A stretch of DNA of 64,000 nt from Paragordius varius. Its lineage: Eukaryota > Animalia > Nematomorpha. A model generated the notes under the pieces. It did not search any database, was not told the DNA's origin, and was given only the letters and a program-made list of their open reading frames with translations. The stretch's first letter is position 1; each line of letters starts with the position of its first letter. The stretch is from the NCBI GenBank assembly GCA_964247055.1, contig OZ176052.1, positions 11,966,001 through 12,030,000 on the forward strand, written 5' to 3'. The position numbers and the translations under genes were made by a program. Below, one piece after another: positions 33,733 to 47,800 of the stretch.

Positions 33733-36465
33733 ATGAGTTTTATAATTTGCAAAACCTGCCAAAAACCCTATGATCAATGCAGTACTTGCTTAGTACCATT
33801 TATGTTGGATGAAAAAAATTCAAATTTCCAAACTTTCAATTTATCTCCAGAAAATGTTTCATCCCCTTTTCAACAGAATACAATGAGTTCATTTAATCCA
33901 CCTTACTCCACCTCCACCAATTCATCTCCAACTACCAACTATCAAGATACAAGTAATACAATTAACAATGGATCACCTAAAACGATTCCAGACACCAAAG
34001 CTCACATGGTGAATTATTTAGATTCTAAAACTGGCCTATTTACAAACGTCACTCCGGTATGTAAATTCTTTTCGTTGCAAAAATAATTGGGGACCTGTAT
34101 TTCAAACGAGTAATTAAATAATATGTTGATGGGTTATATAGAAAAATTATCGTCGGCTTTTGATGGTAAAGTTTTATTAAAAGCAATTTTGTAGTAGTAT
34201 TGTTTGTCGATTAAAAGAGACCACGCTAACAATATTGGCTCACTAACTTCAATGATAATTTTTTAATTTATTGATCCATAATTTTAAATTTAAATAAAAT
34301 ATTGGTGCATTTATTTGCATATTTATTGGTAAGCTTAATATTCTCAGTTGACATTTATAAAAGAGATAATCTGCAAACACTGTAAAATAAATGAAAAGAT
34401 TTTATTTCGGGCTTCAACTCCTTTAAAAATTGCAGTAGTTTCTATAAGCATTTATCAAATATTAAAAATCCGGGAGTCGGTGAATCTTACACAGCTTAAA
34501 TTACAGAATGCAAACCGTCATAAATGTTTTTTTATTCAATAATATTTATATAAAAGTTTTGTAGAAACTTGGGCTTATGTCTACATTTACGTATGAGTCA
34601 TGGAAGTTGATAGCCAAATTATTTTTACACAGTTGAGGTGATATCATATCCTTTAAAAAACAAAATTAAAATATCCGTAAAACTACCCTAATGCTAATAA
34701 GAATAATAATTGTTAGAGAGAATCCATATACTTATAATACCGCTTTAATAAAGGTAACGAGAAGCAAAAATGATTTGTAAGCCGAAACGATTTAGTTATC
34801 GATTCCGCAACCCTATAAATCATATAATGTATCTGCTAACATAAGCCCAAATTTTTTAATTTTAACGATCCACATATTCGCATTACGCTAATCATACTAA
34901 AAATATTACTTCCCAGATACAATCGCCAATTACTTCAAATATTGCCTCTAACGAAATAAGAAATGAAAGCAATTTAGAAACAAGGTTATTGTCGAATACT
35001 CCGGAAATCAGTAAGTTGCAACAAACATTCCCCTTTCTTTCTATACAGACATTACTCGGTATGTGGCTTGATAATTATGTGCAAGATGGCAATAATGAAT
35101 CAACAAATAATTCACCCAATAAATATCCGTACGAAAACGGAAATGGAGATGAAGAATACATAGAGGGACAAAAGGAGGAAAAACCGCCAATTAAGTATAA
35201 ACCGAATGACAGTTGGACAATCTACAGACCTAGTCCATTTGAGCCTTGGCAACAGACAAAACCTGGCCCATGTATATTACAAGGAACCGCCATATCTACA
35301 CAAAATAGAAAAAGTAAATTGACTTCGCTTAATTTTGAGGAGGTTTTACGCCAAGAAGCCCAAATTTGTCAACAGCTAGCAGAATATTCTCAACAAGTGT
35401 CGCAAAACTTGCAATCCATATATGAGACATTTAATTATGAACGGTGTAGAGAACGCAATATTGAAAAACAAATCGCCAAGCGGTTACTGAAAAAATATAC
35501 CGGACTAAATGTGGATTCCCTCTCTGATCTCACTTCAAAACCCAAAAATAAAAGTTACATAATATATACAAATATATTATTTTGTAGAAAGAGTTTTCAC
35601 TTTGAAAACAACTTGATGAATGATAGATAATTCTTAGTGTAACTTAAACTATTTTAGAAATTAGAAATGATAATTTAATTTTGAAACTTTCTTAAAATTT
35701 TTAAGGTGAAATTTATTCCTTTTATTATTTTGAAAAACTATGATATGAATGGATAAAAGTAATAATTTATAATGATGGATTATTATTGATGATAATCATT
35801 TAAAAATAATTTTTGTTTCCTTTAAAGAACGAAGGCCATCTAAGACCGCTGATGTCGTTAAACCCAAGAATGGAAGTAAAAAGCAAAGGGAGAAAAACAT
35901 TTCCTCAAAAGAAGAAAAACCTAAAGTCTTTTCAACTAGTAGTGAATATTCTTCCACCCCCTATCAAAATTGTAAGAAGGGAATGACTAAGCTTCTAACC
36001 GTTAATGAAAGCGAGAGTGATTTTACAGATTCATCTACATTAACACATACCCCACCGCCACCACTTCCCCCTCGTCAAGGTTCATTACTGAGTAAACCGT
36101 CTACTTCCGCCACACCAATTAATACAACACCGCCTTTCCTTCCACCCCGTCAAGGTTTAATGTTTAGACCGCCGTTGTCTCAGCCGAGATTTAGAGCTCC
36201 CGCTTTTTCCCCATCTACTGGTCTTCAAAAACCACCACCGCCCCCAAGACCCCTTAAACCGCCAATGCCGTTACCGCCAAACTTTGCACCACCGCCCTCA
36301 AACATCAATAACCCAAGATTTGCTCAAGTCTTTCCGCGTAACCGTTCACCCACCCCGAATGCAGCAAGTCAAATAAATAACGAGACAAATTGTTGGAATT
36401 GTTGCAGTGCAGAACCAACCTCAGTACCGAAAAATAGAAACAATGGCTTTGCCCCTGCCAAATGA
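33733..36465 (+). CDS. Orphan protein, ~532 aa, 3 exons (33733-34056, 34917-35553, 35828-36465)
   Basis: Exons sum to 1599 nt with phase-compatible GT-AG junctions also present in the paralogue. N-terminal CKTCQKPYDQCSTC; S/T/N-rich linker; helical core NFEEVLRQEAQICQQLAEYSQQ...; Lys-rich segment; Pro-rich tail with PPPPLPPR and CWNCC. No family recognised; extra exons inside intron 1 cannot be excluded. Confidence 0.7.
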
Positions 36466-36997
36466 ACAGGCATGGGCATGGGAAATATTAAAAAAATAAT
36501 TATCGCAAAACCCATTACCTATTAATCATAAAAAAATATATATAAACTAATATAATGATTATATTGCTATGCGCAAATTAATAAATGCAAAATAAAAATA
36601 ACCAATTAATAAAATTAATATGAATGAGTGTTTATAATATATTGACCAAATTAATTATATTACAAAACAATTTTAACTTTGAAGATGTGTTAAGCTATTG
36701 AATTACGCAATATGGCAAAAAATTTGACTTAACATTAATTTTAATTTCCATTTTAAACGACAAATATATTTCAGATTAAACATCAAAATTCACCCAGAGA
36801 CAATTCTAAACATTACTTAAAAAGGTATTGTTTTAAACTTCATAGAAATAATTGCTGATAAAGTTGAGATGTATAAATATTAAATACCAGATGGTATTGT
36901 AATGGTAAATGACGGATTGATTATGTTTTGTCGAACTTTCAATCAATTTGCTATTTAAATTTCGATTATCATTATATTACGGATTTTACAACTGTTA

Positions 36998-37570
36998 TTA
37001 TCACTTCGATTTAAATTGGGGTATCTAAATACCTCAGACTAAATTTGAGTTATGATTTTAAAATACTAAAGGAAACGGTCCCAATTTATATGCTTCTATT
37101 CTAATAAAAATCATATAAATATGCCAACATATCTAAATAAAATTTTGTTTTGAAAAAAAGTTCCATGTCAAACTATTTCGACGCCATTTTTATTTTACAA
37201 AAATTTTGCAAAATATCGTCTTCATTTGTTTTAAGGGTAAAATTAAAGCTAATTTTATATTTAAACTACATTCAACATTGTTAGAAATAGAAAGAGCGGT
37301 TTACTTTGTATTATTTTCCAATTTTACATACACGTCACGTTAACTAAATTTTTAACTTTCATTTTTAGCTTAAAATAAGTAATATCAAGTATTTTTTAAT
37401 AAAATTTTTTATATATTTCAGTTTATTAATGTGGTATAAGTGCAAAATTTTGCCATGGCTTTGATTCCTTCCATATATTTAAAGAATTTAATTTTGAACA
37501 GGCCTGGGGTATTTAACTACCCCAATTTGAATCGAAGGACTAAAATGAATGTGTTGTATCCAAGTGTTAA
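36998..37570 (+). mobile_element. piggyBac-type MITE (uninterrupted orthologue of the 61567 copy)
   Basis: TTA(T)CACTTCGATTTAAATTGGGG...GTATCCAAGTGTTAA. Confidence 0.85.
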
Positions 37571-38872
37571 ATAAAGTCGATGTATAAAAAACTTTTACAT
37601 TATGATCAAATTAAATTAATATATTAAAATAATACAAAGGAATGTTTTCACCCAACACCTTTTATTTTAAAATATTCAATAAAATTTTCTTTTAAAAAAT
37701 CGCATAGTGCCATTTACATTATAGCGCTTTGGGAGATTATAGGTCAACAAAACCCAACTAATTTGAGTTTTATTATTAGGAAAATTTTGATTTACACGCA
37801 TCATAAATCAATTAATTTAATATCTAATATTACTTTTTGTATTTATAAGACTGTGCGACAGAAATGAGGATTAAAAATGCTATATTTATGAATAATGATA
37901 ATTTAAAAGCCATATGCTTCAGAATTATGAATATCAAAAATAAATGCAGTACACAATCTAGATAAATAGCTACTTAATTTTTCTGCTATTCAAAATTAAA
38001 AAATCGCATTCTACATATTAAATAAAACCGAGAAAACGTGTCAACTAAATTTTATTTATTATGTATAGGGTTGTGCTTTACAAGTCAGGACCCGGTCAGC
38101 ACCGGGTCAAGACGAGGTCAGTGACCAATTATTTTTTGACCATAGTCATTTAAAAAAGCAGCTGAGAAAAAGTGCTAGTAAATCTTTTTTGGAAGTATAG
38201 TATTATTATTTCGAATATTTTTTTTTCAAAATATAAATTAAATATTTAAATATACAGAATAATCGATATTTAAATATTATTTAACAATATAATTGTTAAA
38301 CATGCATCCTTATAACATTAGCATTAAGCCTATCCTAGTGATATAGAAAAACAAAACGATCAAGCAGTTTGCAAAATAAGCAACTCCATATATGGGAACC
38401 AATAATACGTAAAAACATATAAGATTCATTAAAACTTCTAGAGTCGAAATAAAATTGATAAGAATTCGAAACACTTAGAGCAAAAATATTATGTAATATC
38501 TGACTTTATCTTATATGACCGCGAATTTGAATCAAAGTTTTTATGGAAATTTGTCATGTTTTATTTTGAAACATCAGCGGTCGAATTGATAATTTAAACA
38601 TATTTAAAATATTAAATGGCTCATAATGTGTAAATCAGTACACTCATTTATTTTTTGGAAAATTCTGGCAAGATATTTTAAAAATCTTTCAAATAAGTCA
38701 TTATTAATACAATAAAGATGATATCATTAATTTTAGAAAAATGATGTCGAAGACTTTATTTCATAGAAATAACTAACCATCGATCAAAAAATATTATGCA
38801 AAGTTTAAATTCATTTAAAAACCACAAAAGCTACCATTTATTGCATAACAAACATAGAATCACAGAGTCTGA

Positions 38873-38914
<42 letters not shown>

Positions 38915-40042
38915 ATAGTACATATTTTCTTTTTCTTCGTGCTTTCGGAGATTTCGCAGGCTGGCTTTGAAAGGCATGAAATTGAATTGTCTCAATTTGC
39001 GCTGATATCAGTGCTACCGTTGATCCATCGGAGAATAAACCTTGTTTTTCAAATATGATATAACAATAGCAATTAATCTTTAATATTTTGAGTTGCATGA
39101 TTTAACAAGAAGGAAGTCGTTTATAAGCACAATTTACTGTTACCATCTTCTGCACATTGGTCATGAAATTCTAAATATTTATAGAAAAGCACATAGGATG
39201 TAACGCATTTCTTTACTTGTTTTATTTTTGACCTTTTTATCGTCAAAAAGAAACCATTTATCACGTAAACAATACGCGACATAATGACCTATATTTGACG
39301 ATCTTCCTTCGTGTGACAACATTCCAATTTAATCGGCAGAAATTTTAGACCCCAGGGCTGGTATATTAGGTTCCAAATTATTTTTAACGGATTTATTGAC
39401 TTTCTTTCCCTTGATGTCAAACCTTTGCAAATGAATAATGAGTATCGTCGGCATTTCAAGCATTTCCGTTTATCTGGTGACAGTTCCCTCATTGTAGCAG
39501 CCCTTTTTAGATAAAATTGTTATTTTGAGCAGCTAAAATCTTCCAATAGTTCTGGTTCAAAATAGGAAGTTAAGCAAAGGGAAACTGATATTTTGTTGCC
39601 AATCGGTAGACTTAACCCAATACTTTCCTCCAATATGTATGACACGTTGTCGCAATAAAAGTTAAAAAATATCTTTTATTATTTCATTTTGACCATAAAA
39701 GCTATTTGATATGCGCAATTGTAGGTTTTTCCTTATATTTGCAAACTAAGTAATTTTCAACCCGACTATTTCATTTATAATTCAAAATCATTTTTTGGTT
39801 ACGCAGATAAAAATTTGCAATTTTTTTCCTAAACAAGAGAAGGATTTAAAAATAATGGTAAGCAGAATAGAACCTAATGGATTTAAAACTCATTCAAAAA
39901 CATCTTAATTATTATTACCATTCGATTTTGCTGTAACTGGGGTAACTGAAAAAAGTGTCTTTAATTTTAGGCGCTTTAAACACATCCATCAATATTATCT
40001 GTCGAAACCAAAACCTTTCTTAACGTATATTGATTGGGGATC

Positions 40043-43000
40043 TGTTAGGTAACTGACAGGCTAATTTGAATGGATCTTTTATTACACGATTAGATTAACC
40101 GCACAAACAACATTCGTTATATATTAGTACATTAACCTATTAACTTATCTGTGTAATATTATTATATTATTATAACCTCACCACCACTTGTGAATATTAT
40201 TGTTATACCTTGAGATAATTGTATATAAGCAAACATATCACCTTGATATATGTGAAAACATTAGACCTAATTATCTTAGATATATATATATAGATCATTA
40301 TATAAACAACCATTCATACAACATTTAATAAATTTACCATTACCTTAACTTTGTCGTCTCCAGTTATCAGTGGTGGCCAAGACGAGTATGGCAGACGAAC
40401 CAATGAATACCACAGCTTCTCATGCTAGTATTGCGAATTTTGCCATAGAAAAATACAATGATAATAATAAATTTGAAGAGCACCTCGAGGATATTAGCAA
40501 TTTTACTTGAGGCAAAGGATATTCCGGTAACCGAAAAAACGCTTAAATTATCTATACTAGCATATGGCGGATTCATGATAGTAAGAAAGATTAACCAACG
40601 CCTATACCCCAAGAAAATAAAAGACGCCACATGGGCGGAGATTACGGAAACAGGCAAAAAAATATTCAATCCGACAAAATCTAAATTCTAAAGTCGTTTT
40701 GAATTTTATGGGCTGGTACGCAACGAGGGTGAAAGTTTTACCCAATTCCTTGAGCGTGTCAAGATAGGAGCTGAAGAAGCTCAATTCACTGAAGCCATAG
40801 AAAACGTATTCGTGATGCATTCGTAATAATACTGCGACAACCTCAGCTAGAGATGGATATCCATTCCAGGTATCCAGATGCTTTGATAAACGGTATTCCT
40901 GTCCCATTAGAAACAATCGTAGATCTCGCACTAGCACATGAGGCTGCTAGGGCTGGATTACAGAATAACAATAATAGTAATAACAATAGCAATCGATACA
41001 GTAACAGCAAAAATAATATCAATCGGTTACAACGTAATAAATCCAATCGACAAACAATAATAAAATCTTATACCACATGTAAATATTGCGGCACCACACA
41101 CCCACTCAACAAGTGTCCAGCCTGGAGACGATCCTGCAACAAATGCGGAAAGCTGAATCATTTTGCGAGAATGTGTGTGGCCAAAAGACAAAGATTCAAC
41201 TTCAATAGGCAATTATTGAAGGAAGTCAACGTAGGTCGTAATGCGCTAACTCCCTTACTGATAAAACTAGTAATAAACGGGTTAAAAGAAGACTTTATCT
41301 ACGATACCGGTTCGGACATTAGTGTAATAAACTTTGCCACATGGGAGCAAATCGGTAAACCCAAGCTGAGTCCGACACCCCCAGTAAAATCGTACAATAT
41401 AATACTACAGTGCCATTGATGGGGACATCAAGTGTCAAGGTCCAGGTAAATGGTAAACAAACGGTCGGGGACATATGTGTCCTAAGCAAAACGATGGGGA
41501 TGGCTCCGCTGATCTGTGGACTGGCCTGGATGGCGAAATTCCAGATTGAGATGCCACAGGTTAAAGTTAATTATCTTAAATTGAATGAGATTTGTGAAAA
41601 TTTTAAAAATTTATTAGAAAATAAGTTAGGGTGTTATAAGGACCCTGTAAAAATTCGCATTGCAGCGAATGCGATCCCGAAAGTATCATGTTGCAGGGTG
41701 CCTTTTTCATTAAGAGAAAAGGTGGAGAAAGAGCTGACGAGGCTAGAAAAGTTAGGCATTTTAGAACCGGTTGATCCTAACACCACACCTGTGACATGGG
41801 CCACGCCTACGGTTAATGTACTTAAACCGAATGGCGAATTAAGAATATGTAGTGATTTTCGGGAAACGATTAATAAGTGGTTGCAAAAAGACTCCCATAT
41901 AATCCCACGTTTGATGAGTTGGTGTCGAAAATAGGTGAAGGTATCACATTCACGAAAATTGATTTAAAAAATGCTTACCTCCAGATGCCAGTGGCAGAGA
42001 AGTGTCAAGAATTGTTAACTATCTCAAAACATAAAGGTTTGATTAGATACAAACGCATGCCGTTTGGACTGGCCACGGCACCTATCATCTTCTCCAAAGA
42101 GTGATGGAACAAGTGCTAGCTGAAAGTCCGGGAACTTGCGTATATTTAGATGACGTCCTAGAGACTGGTAGGACGGAAAATGAGCACATTAACTATAATA
42201 ACGTATTAAAGCGTCTCGATAAGGCCGGATTTAAATTAAGACAAGATAAAATAATGATAGGCGCAGAATCAGTAAACTATTTAGGGTTTGAAATATCGAA
42301 AAAGGGTATAAGCCCATATGAAAGCAAAATCAAAGCAATTAAGGAACTAAAAAGGCCGGTAGATAAAAAGTCATTACGTAGTTTTTTAGGTTTTTTGACA
42401 TTTCAGGAACGCTTTATACCAAAATTACAAATGATAGTCGGTCCCTTACATGAATTAACTAGTAAAAATACGAGATGGTGTTAGACCGAGAAACATGAGA
42501 AAAACTGGTTAGCAGCTAAGAATTTGTTAAGCGAAAAAGTGTTTTTACATATAATCCGAATAGGAAATTGATAATAGAAACTGATGCGTCAGATTTAGGA
42601 TTCGGATGTATTTTAAATCATGAAGTTAATAGTGAAAGGATACATATAGCGTATGCCTCACATAAGTGTAGCAACGCTGAAAGTAATTATTCCACTATAG
42701 AGAAGGAATTAAAAGCAATATTATTTGCGTTACGAAAATTTTATAGTTTCATATATGGTAGAAAATTTATAATATTAACTGACCATTTACCTTTAGTAAA
42801 GTTAATAAATAGAGATCGAAATTTAAAAGAGATACATAATGCTAAAATACTAAGGTGGATTAATATGATAAATGAATACGACTTTGAAATAAGTCATCAA
42901 AAAGGGGCTTAAAATAGAGCTGATTATTTATCGAGATGGCCGATTGACGAGATCGTTGCCTATGATGAAGATTATGCGGTTACCAGATATTTGAGATTTT

Positions 43001-44615
43001 TGAATTGTCATAACGTGCGGTTAAGCAGAGATGAAATTCGAAAAGAAACCGCATTAAATTCAGTATCACAAAAAGTAATTAAAGCGTTAAACAACCATGA
43101 CTGGAGTTCTCCAGAATTAGAAAAGTTTGTAAACCGTAAAGACGAGTTGGCATATCAATATGGCTTATTTAAATGATCGGATTATAATTCCGAAGTCCCT
43201 CCAAAAAGAGGTGGTAAGATACCTACACAGCGGTCATAACAACGTAGAGACCATGAAAGCGATGGCCAGATTTACGTGTTATTGGCCAGAATTAGAAAAT
43301 GACCTGGTAAAAGCCAGTAGTCAATGCGAATCGCGCCAACGTAGTAGGCCGAATGTTACTCAGAATTCCACGTAGTGGGATCATAATGTTGCTGTGTGGG
43401 AGCGTTTGCATATTGATTTGGCCGGACCGGGAGACGGTTTTTATTGGTTGTTGATAATTGATAGTGCCTCGAAATGGGGAGAAGGATTTATTTTGAAAAA
43501 GGTAACCGCAGCGAATATAATCCACAAAGTAGAAGAAACGTTTGCAAGGTTTGGCTTTGCAAGAGAGATCGTTAGCGATAACGCTTCGTATTTCAGTAAT
43601 GAGTACTTTACGTCAACCTTAAGTACGGTAGGGGTAAAACATATTAAGGTTACCCCCTACCACCCTAAGAGTAATGGGATGGTAGAAAGGTTAGTAGGTA
43701 CAATAAAAAATAAATACAAAAGAATCAAAAATAATGTGATATCCACCCACGAAGCGTTTAATACTAGCCTATGGGCGTATAGAAATTCTATACACTAAAC
43801 AACGAAAGAAACCCCCCAGTTAATGTTTAAGCGTACTCCCCATACCCCCTTAACCTGGTTAAGTAGTAGGGTGAGATTGTTAGATGCACCGGCCCCCGAC
43901 GGCAGTTTGCCATTAATTACCAGGTAATGATTACCGTACAGGGTTATTTTCACACAAGGTATGGGACAAGGACCGAGACAAAGTTGTGAGGAAACACGCT
44001 GGCCAAATACTACAACAACCATAACCACAGCCGACCACTGCCAGCAACACAAATGAGGAGGAGGTAACCACTGCCACGGATGATGAAACAATCGCTGAAA
44101 CGCAACCAAACACGATCAATTCAAGGGACGAAATCGAACCAATTACTCCGACAGCCGAAAGTCCAAATAATACCCAAAAATCTGAGACAATCTACTACGC
44201 TAAAACACAAAAACGACGGTACCCGGCAAGAAGTCGTCAGGAACCTGCCCGCTTTCGTTAGGAGGGGGTAGTGATGTTAGAGTGGTAACTGACAGGCTAA
44301 TTTGAATGGATTTTTTATTACACGATTAGATTAACCGCACAAACAACATTCGTTATATATTAGTACATTAACCTATTAACTTATCTGTGTACTATTTATA
44401 TATTATTATAACCTAACCACCACTTGTGAATATTATTATTATTGAGATAATTGTATATAAGCAAACATCTCACTTTGATATATGTGAATACATTAGACCT
44501 AATTATCGTAGATATATATATATATATATATATAGATAAATCATTATATAAACAGCCATTCATACAACATATAATAAATTTACCATTACCTTTACTTTGT
44601 CGTCCCCAGTTATCA
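40043..44615 (+). mobile_element. Full-length Gypsy-type LTR retrotransposon (gag-PR-RT-RH-IN) with many stops and frameshifts
   Basis: LTRs 40043-40369 and 44275-44615 (TG...CA); 5-bp TSD GGATC; PBS TGGTGGCC (tRNA-Ile-like); PPT AGGAGGGGGTAG. Motifs CKYCGTTH..C..C..H, YDTGS, KIDLKNAYLQ, RMPFGL, YLDDVL, ETDAS, YSTIEKE, HSGH, DLAGP, SDNAS, YHPKSNGMVER. Confidence 0.95.
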
Positions 44616-45939
44616 GGATCGTATCTTAAAAGATGTTCAAAATAACCTGTATTTTAATAATTTTATCCCAGTATAAAATGATTTGAAAGAATAATATTGT
44701 GTAGATCCCAGTGAGAGGCTTTGAATCGATTTTCTGGAAAACGTGGAGGCCCATTTAAATATAAAAGCGGAATTTTTCTCATTATTGCGCCGATATCCAA
44801 GCTTTTTAAATTAGCCCCTGAATTTAGGCCCAAAGGTGTCATAAATAAATATTCCCAATATATCGCGTCTTTAGACGATTTTTAAAAATCGTGCAAGCTT
44901 TTTCATCTTAAAAACCTAGTAGGCTCTTTCTTTTTGCTCGCGTATTTAGCCATTCTTCCGTAAGTCATTATTAATAAGTCCCAATATTTTACATTAAAAG
45001 CCAACAGCATGTAAGGTCGAAATATATTTGCCAAGGAAGACGACTTTGGAGGAATGCGATTATTGTTCAATATTAAATATGATCTGATCTATTGTGTTAC
45101 AAACGCTTCTATTGATTACTTCTTGTATAAATTTAGCTTTTTTTGTCCAGAAAATTTTACGTGGTTACATTGGTATACCCAACTGTATGCTCAAGGTATT
45201 AAAAGCTCCCAAAAAATTAAAATTATTTAATATTTTGCATTTACAACAAATTCGTCTATACATTTCACTCATCTATGATATAAATTAAAATCAACACACT
45301 TACACTTTAAAACAGAAGTGTCCAACACGCGACCATCAGTAACTTTATGGTTGCTGAAAAAAATCATTTTTTTAAAAAAAACAATTGTATAATTTGAGAA
45401 AAGGCGTGATCGTAATGAATTTAATCTTTGACGCCAAAAACATTTTCTAAAACGAATTGTTTATAAAACCATAACCGTGAAGCAGGTCCAAAAATAGGTA
45501 ATATACCATTAAAAAACATTTTTTCATAATCGAAAAGTTTTCACAGTAAATAAAAGCGATTTGCAAATCAAAAAAAGGTTTGGTTTTTGAATGATAAATA
45601 TCAAAACAAGATATCAAAATAACTTTTAATCATCATTAGCATGCTAAAATGGATATTATTTTTTGATAGTATTATTGCAGTTTCTATTGATTCTAACCAC
45701 ACTTGAGATATCATTAAATGATTTTTATATTATGTGTATAATCCATTTACACCTCTAAACCTCAAACATTTCATATTTGATATTAAATATGTCAAATTTC
45801 ACTTTAAACATTTCATAATTTAGGTGTTTCTAAGCTATATTAACTCATACCTATATTTTTGGCATAGTTTATTTTTTTGCTTCATTCACTATTTAACATT
45901 TTTAAAAAAATTTATAAGTAAAGATCCCTTATATCAAAT

Positions 45940-46850
45940 GGCTTGTATTGAGATTTAATAAAAAATTATCACACTTGCCTAAAAGAAACAGATAAATATT
46001 AATTATGCCAAATAATATTAATCAATCTGAGAATTTAGTTTATATCCACCCAAATTATTTTTAGAGTGAAATTAAAAAAATTAAAGGGGAATTTGACATA
46101 GTTAAGATCGAATATAATATGTTTGAGGTTAAATTTGAGGTGTATATGGATTACATTAATGTAACCAGATAGGTTTTTCGCAGTACAGTACTGAGTTTTC
46201 AAAAAAAACTGCGCCAGTAGTGCGCCCACTTTTGTACTGCTTTTGAAATTAAAAAATTCAATTTTTTGTAAATATATATTAATTTATTTATTAAAAAAAT
46301 TATTTTAGAATTTAATATAGTACTCTCAGTAAAATTAACCCCATAATTTGTAAAGAATGGTTCATATTACGGTAAAAAACTAAGATTGGCCTATTTTTAA
46401 TTGGTTAATATTTAATTTTCTTTGATAAAAATAAAACTTAGGATTGTTGCCTTTCGCGCAGTGGCGAAACTATAATCGGACTCCACACCGTAAGATTCAG
46501 GCTAATGTCTCTTTCACTCAGGGCTGCCACAAAAAGAGGTGCCTTAATTTATGATATTTTAATAAATGTTTGATCAAGTTTAGATTCATTTTTTGAAATT
46601 ATCCAGCGGAAAATTATACATTAAATTGTTATTCTCGTAACATATTATTTAAAATCTATTATATATGGCATATTTTTAACCTTTCGCATTAAGATATCAA
46701 GAGTTTTTACGTTTTCATTACTCATTAGGTGAGAGGTATGATATTACTAAATATTTTTCCTAAACTTTAATTTTTATTAATTTTTATTTTTTAGCATAAA
46801 AAAAATTGAGGCATTTTGATGAAGCGTAATTCTAACGATTTTGAGACATG
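45940..46850 (+). repeat. Second duplicated block (paralogue 63075-64000), includes flank plus the left part of a hAT element
   Basis: Near-identical from GTATTGAGATTTAATAAAAAATTAT onward, including the pre-insertion flank. Confidence 0.9.
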
Positions 46851-47538
46851 ATGGAAACGGTATAATGCTTTTAGATATAATAAATCCCTTTTTCTAAATA
46901 ATTCGATGATGTTAAACATTACTATATGTTCAGAATTTTAATTTAAAGGTTTGTTTGCATGCGAATCTTAATGAATTTTTGTAAAAAAACATTTATAAAC
47001 ATAAATTTAAAAACGAACGATTATTTAATTAAAAATATAATTGAGAATTAGCTTGATCGAATTATATAAAAAATGTTACAACATTTCAACCGTTTATAAA
47101 GTTTCCATCATGCTCTATGAAGTACGCTTCAACAAAATTTTGCGAAAAATTCGGAATTTTTGCGTTTATTTTAACAGTCCATTTTAAAAGAACCAAAAAA
47201 ATTGGGACTTTCAGAGCCAACATTTAAGAATTTAAAAATTTTAAAATAAATGCTTTTTATATGTAGTTTATGTTATATTTTAGTGATGTTTTTTGAAACA
47301 TGCGCACCTTTGACAATTTTATACGGAGTACTTAACACAAAAGTGTTATTAAGTTCCTTTAATAAATCGTAAAGGTTAAAACCAAAAGCACCATGATTTA
47401 TCCTGATATTTTCCTATCAGAATATATATATTTCATCAGGATATTTTGTGGAAGCTGTGTAATATAAATGGTGTATAAACAGGCAAAGTATGTTTTAATT
47501 TTGTACTGCGTCCAAGTTCAAAATATTTGGTACTAATC
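46157..47538. mobile_element. Non-autonomous hAT element (family of 11113)
   Basis: Left TIR TAATGTAACCAGATA, degenerate right TIR, TSD GATTACAT/GATAACAT, shared GCAGTACAGTACTG subterminal motif. Confidence 0.75.
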
Positions 47539-47800
47539 GATAACATTAAAAAACATAAATACGAGACTTAATCATTTTAGGATTGCGCAAGATTGGAGTT
47601 TAAATAAAAAAACCGCAATAAAAAATTGTGCTCTCAAAATATAACATCCTATTCAGTTTGCTTATAAAGATTAAAAGTTATGTTTAACACTTCGATTCAA
47701 ATTGGGGTATCTAAATACACCAAACTATATTTGAGTTTATATTTTTAGACTACAGAAAGAAAAAACGGCACCAATTTAAATTTATGCTTATATCCTAAAC

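Larger units (their letters stand above)
33260..37815 (+). repeat. Segmental duplication copy A (paralogue ~55205-63065)
   Basis: Colinear direct similarity including the orphan gene, its flanks and the piggyBac MITE; boundaries approximate. Confidence 0.9.

Noticed and set aside
38066-39504. Possible hAT remnant (TAGGGTTG...GCAGCCCT) or stray minus-strand exon (SDGSTVALISAQ...KARRKRK)
   Set aside because: TIR match is poor, no TSD, and no frame-consistent motif chain.
45313-45350. CAGAAGTGTCCAAC, resembling a Buster left end
   Set aside because: No matching right end or TSD found.
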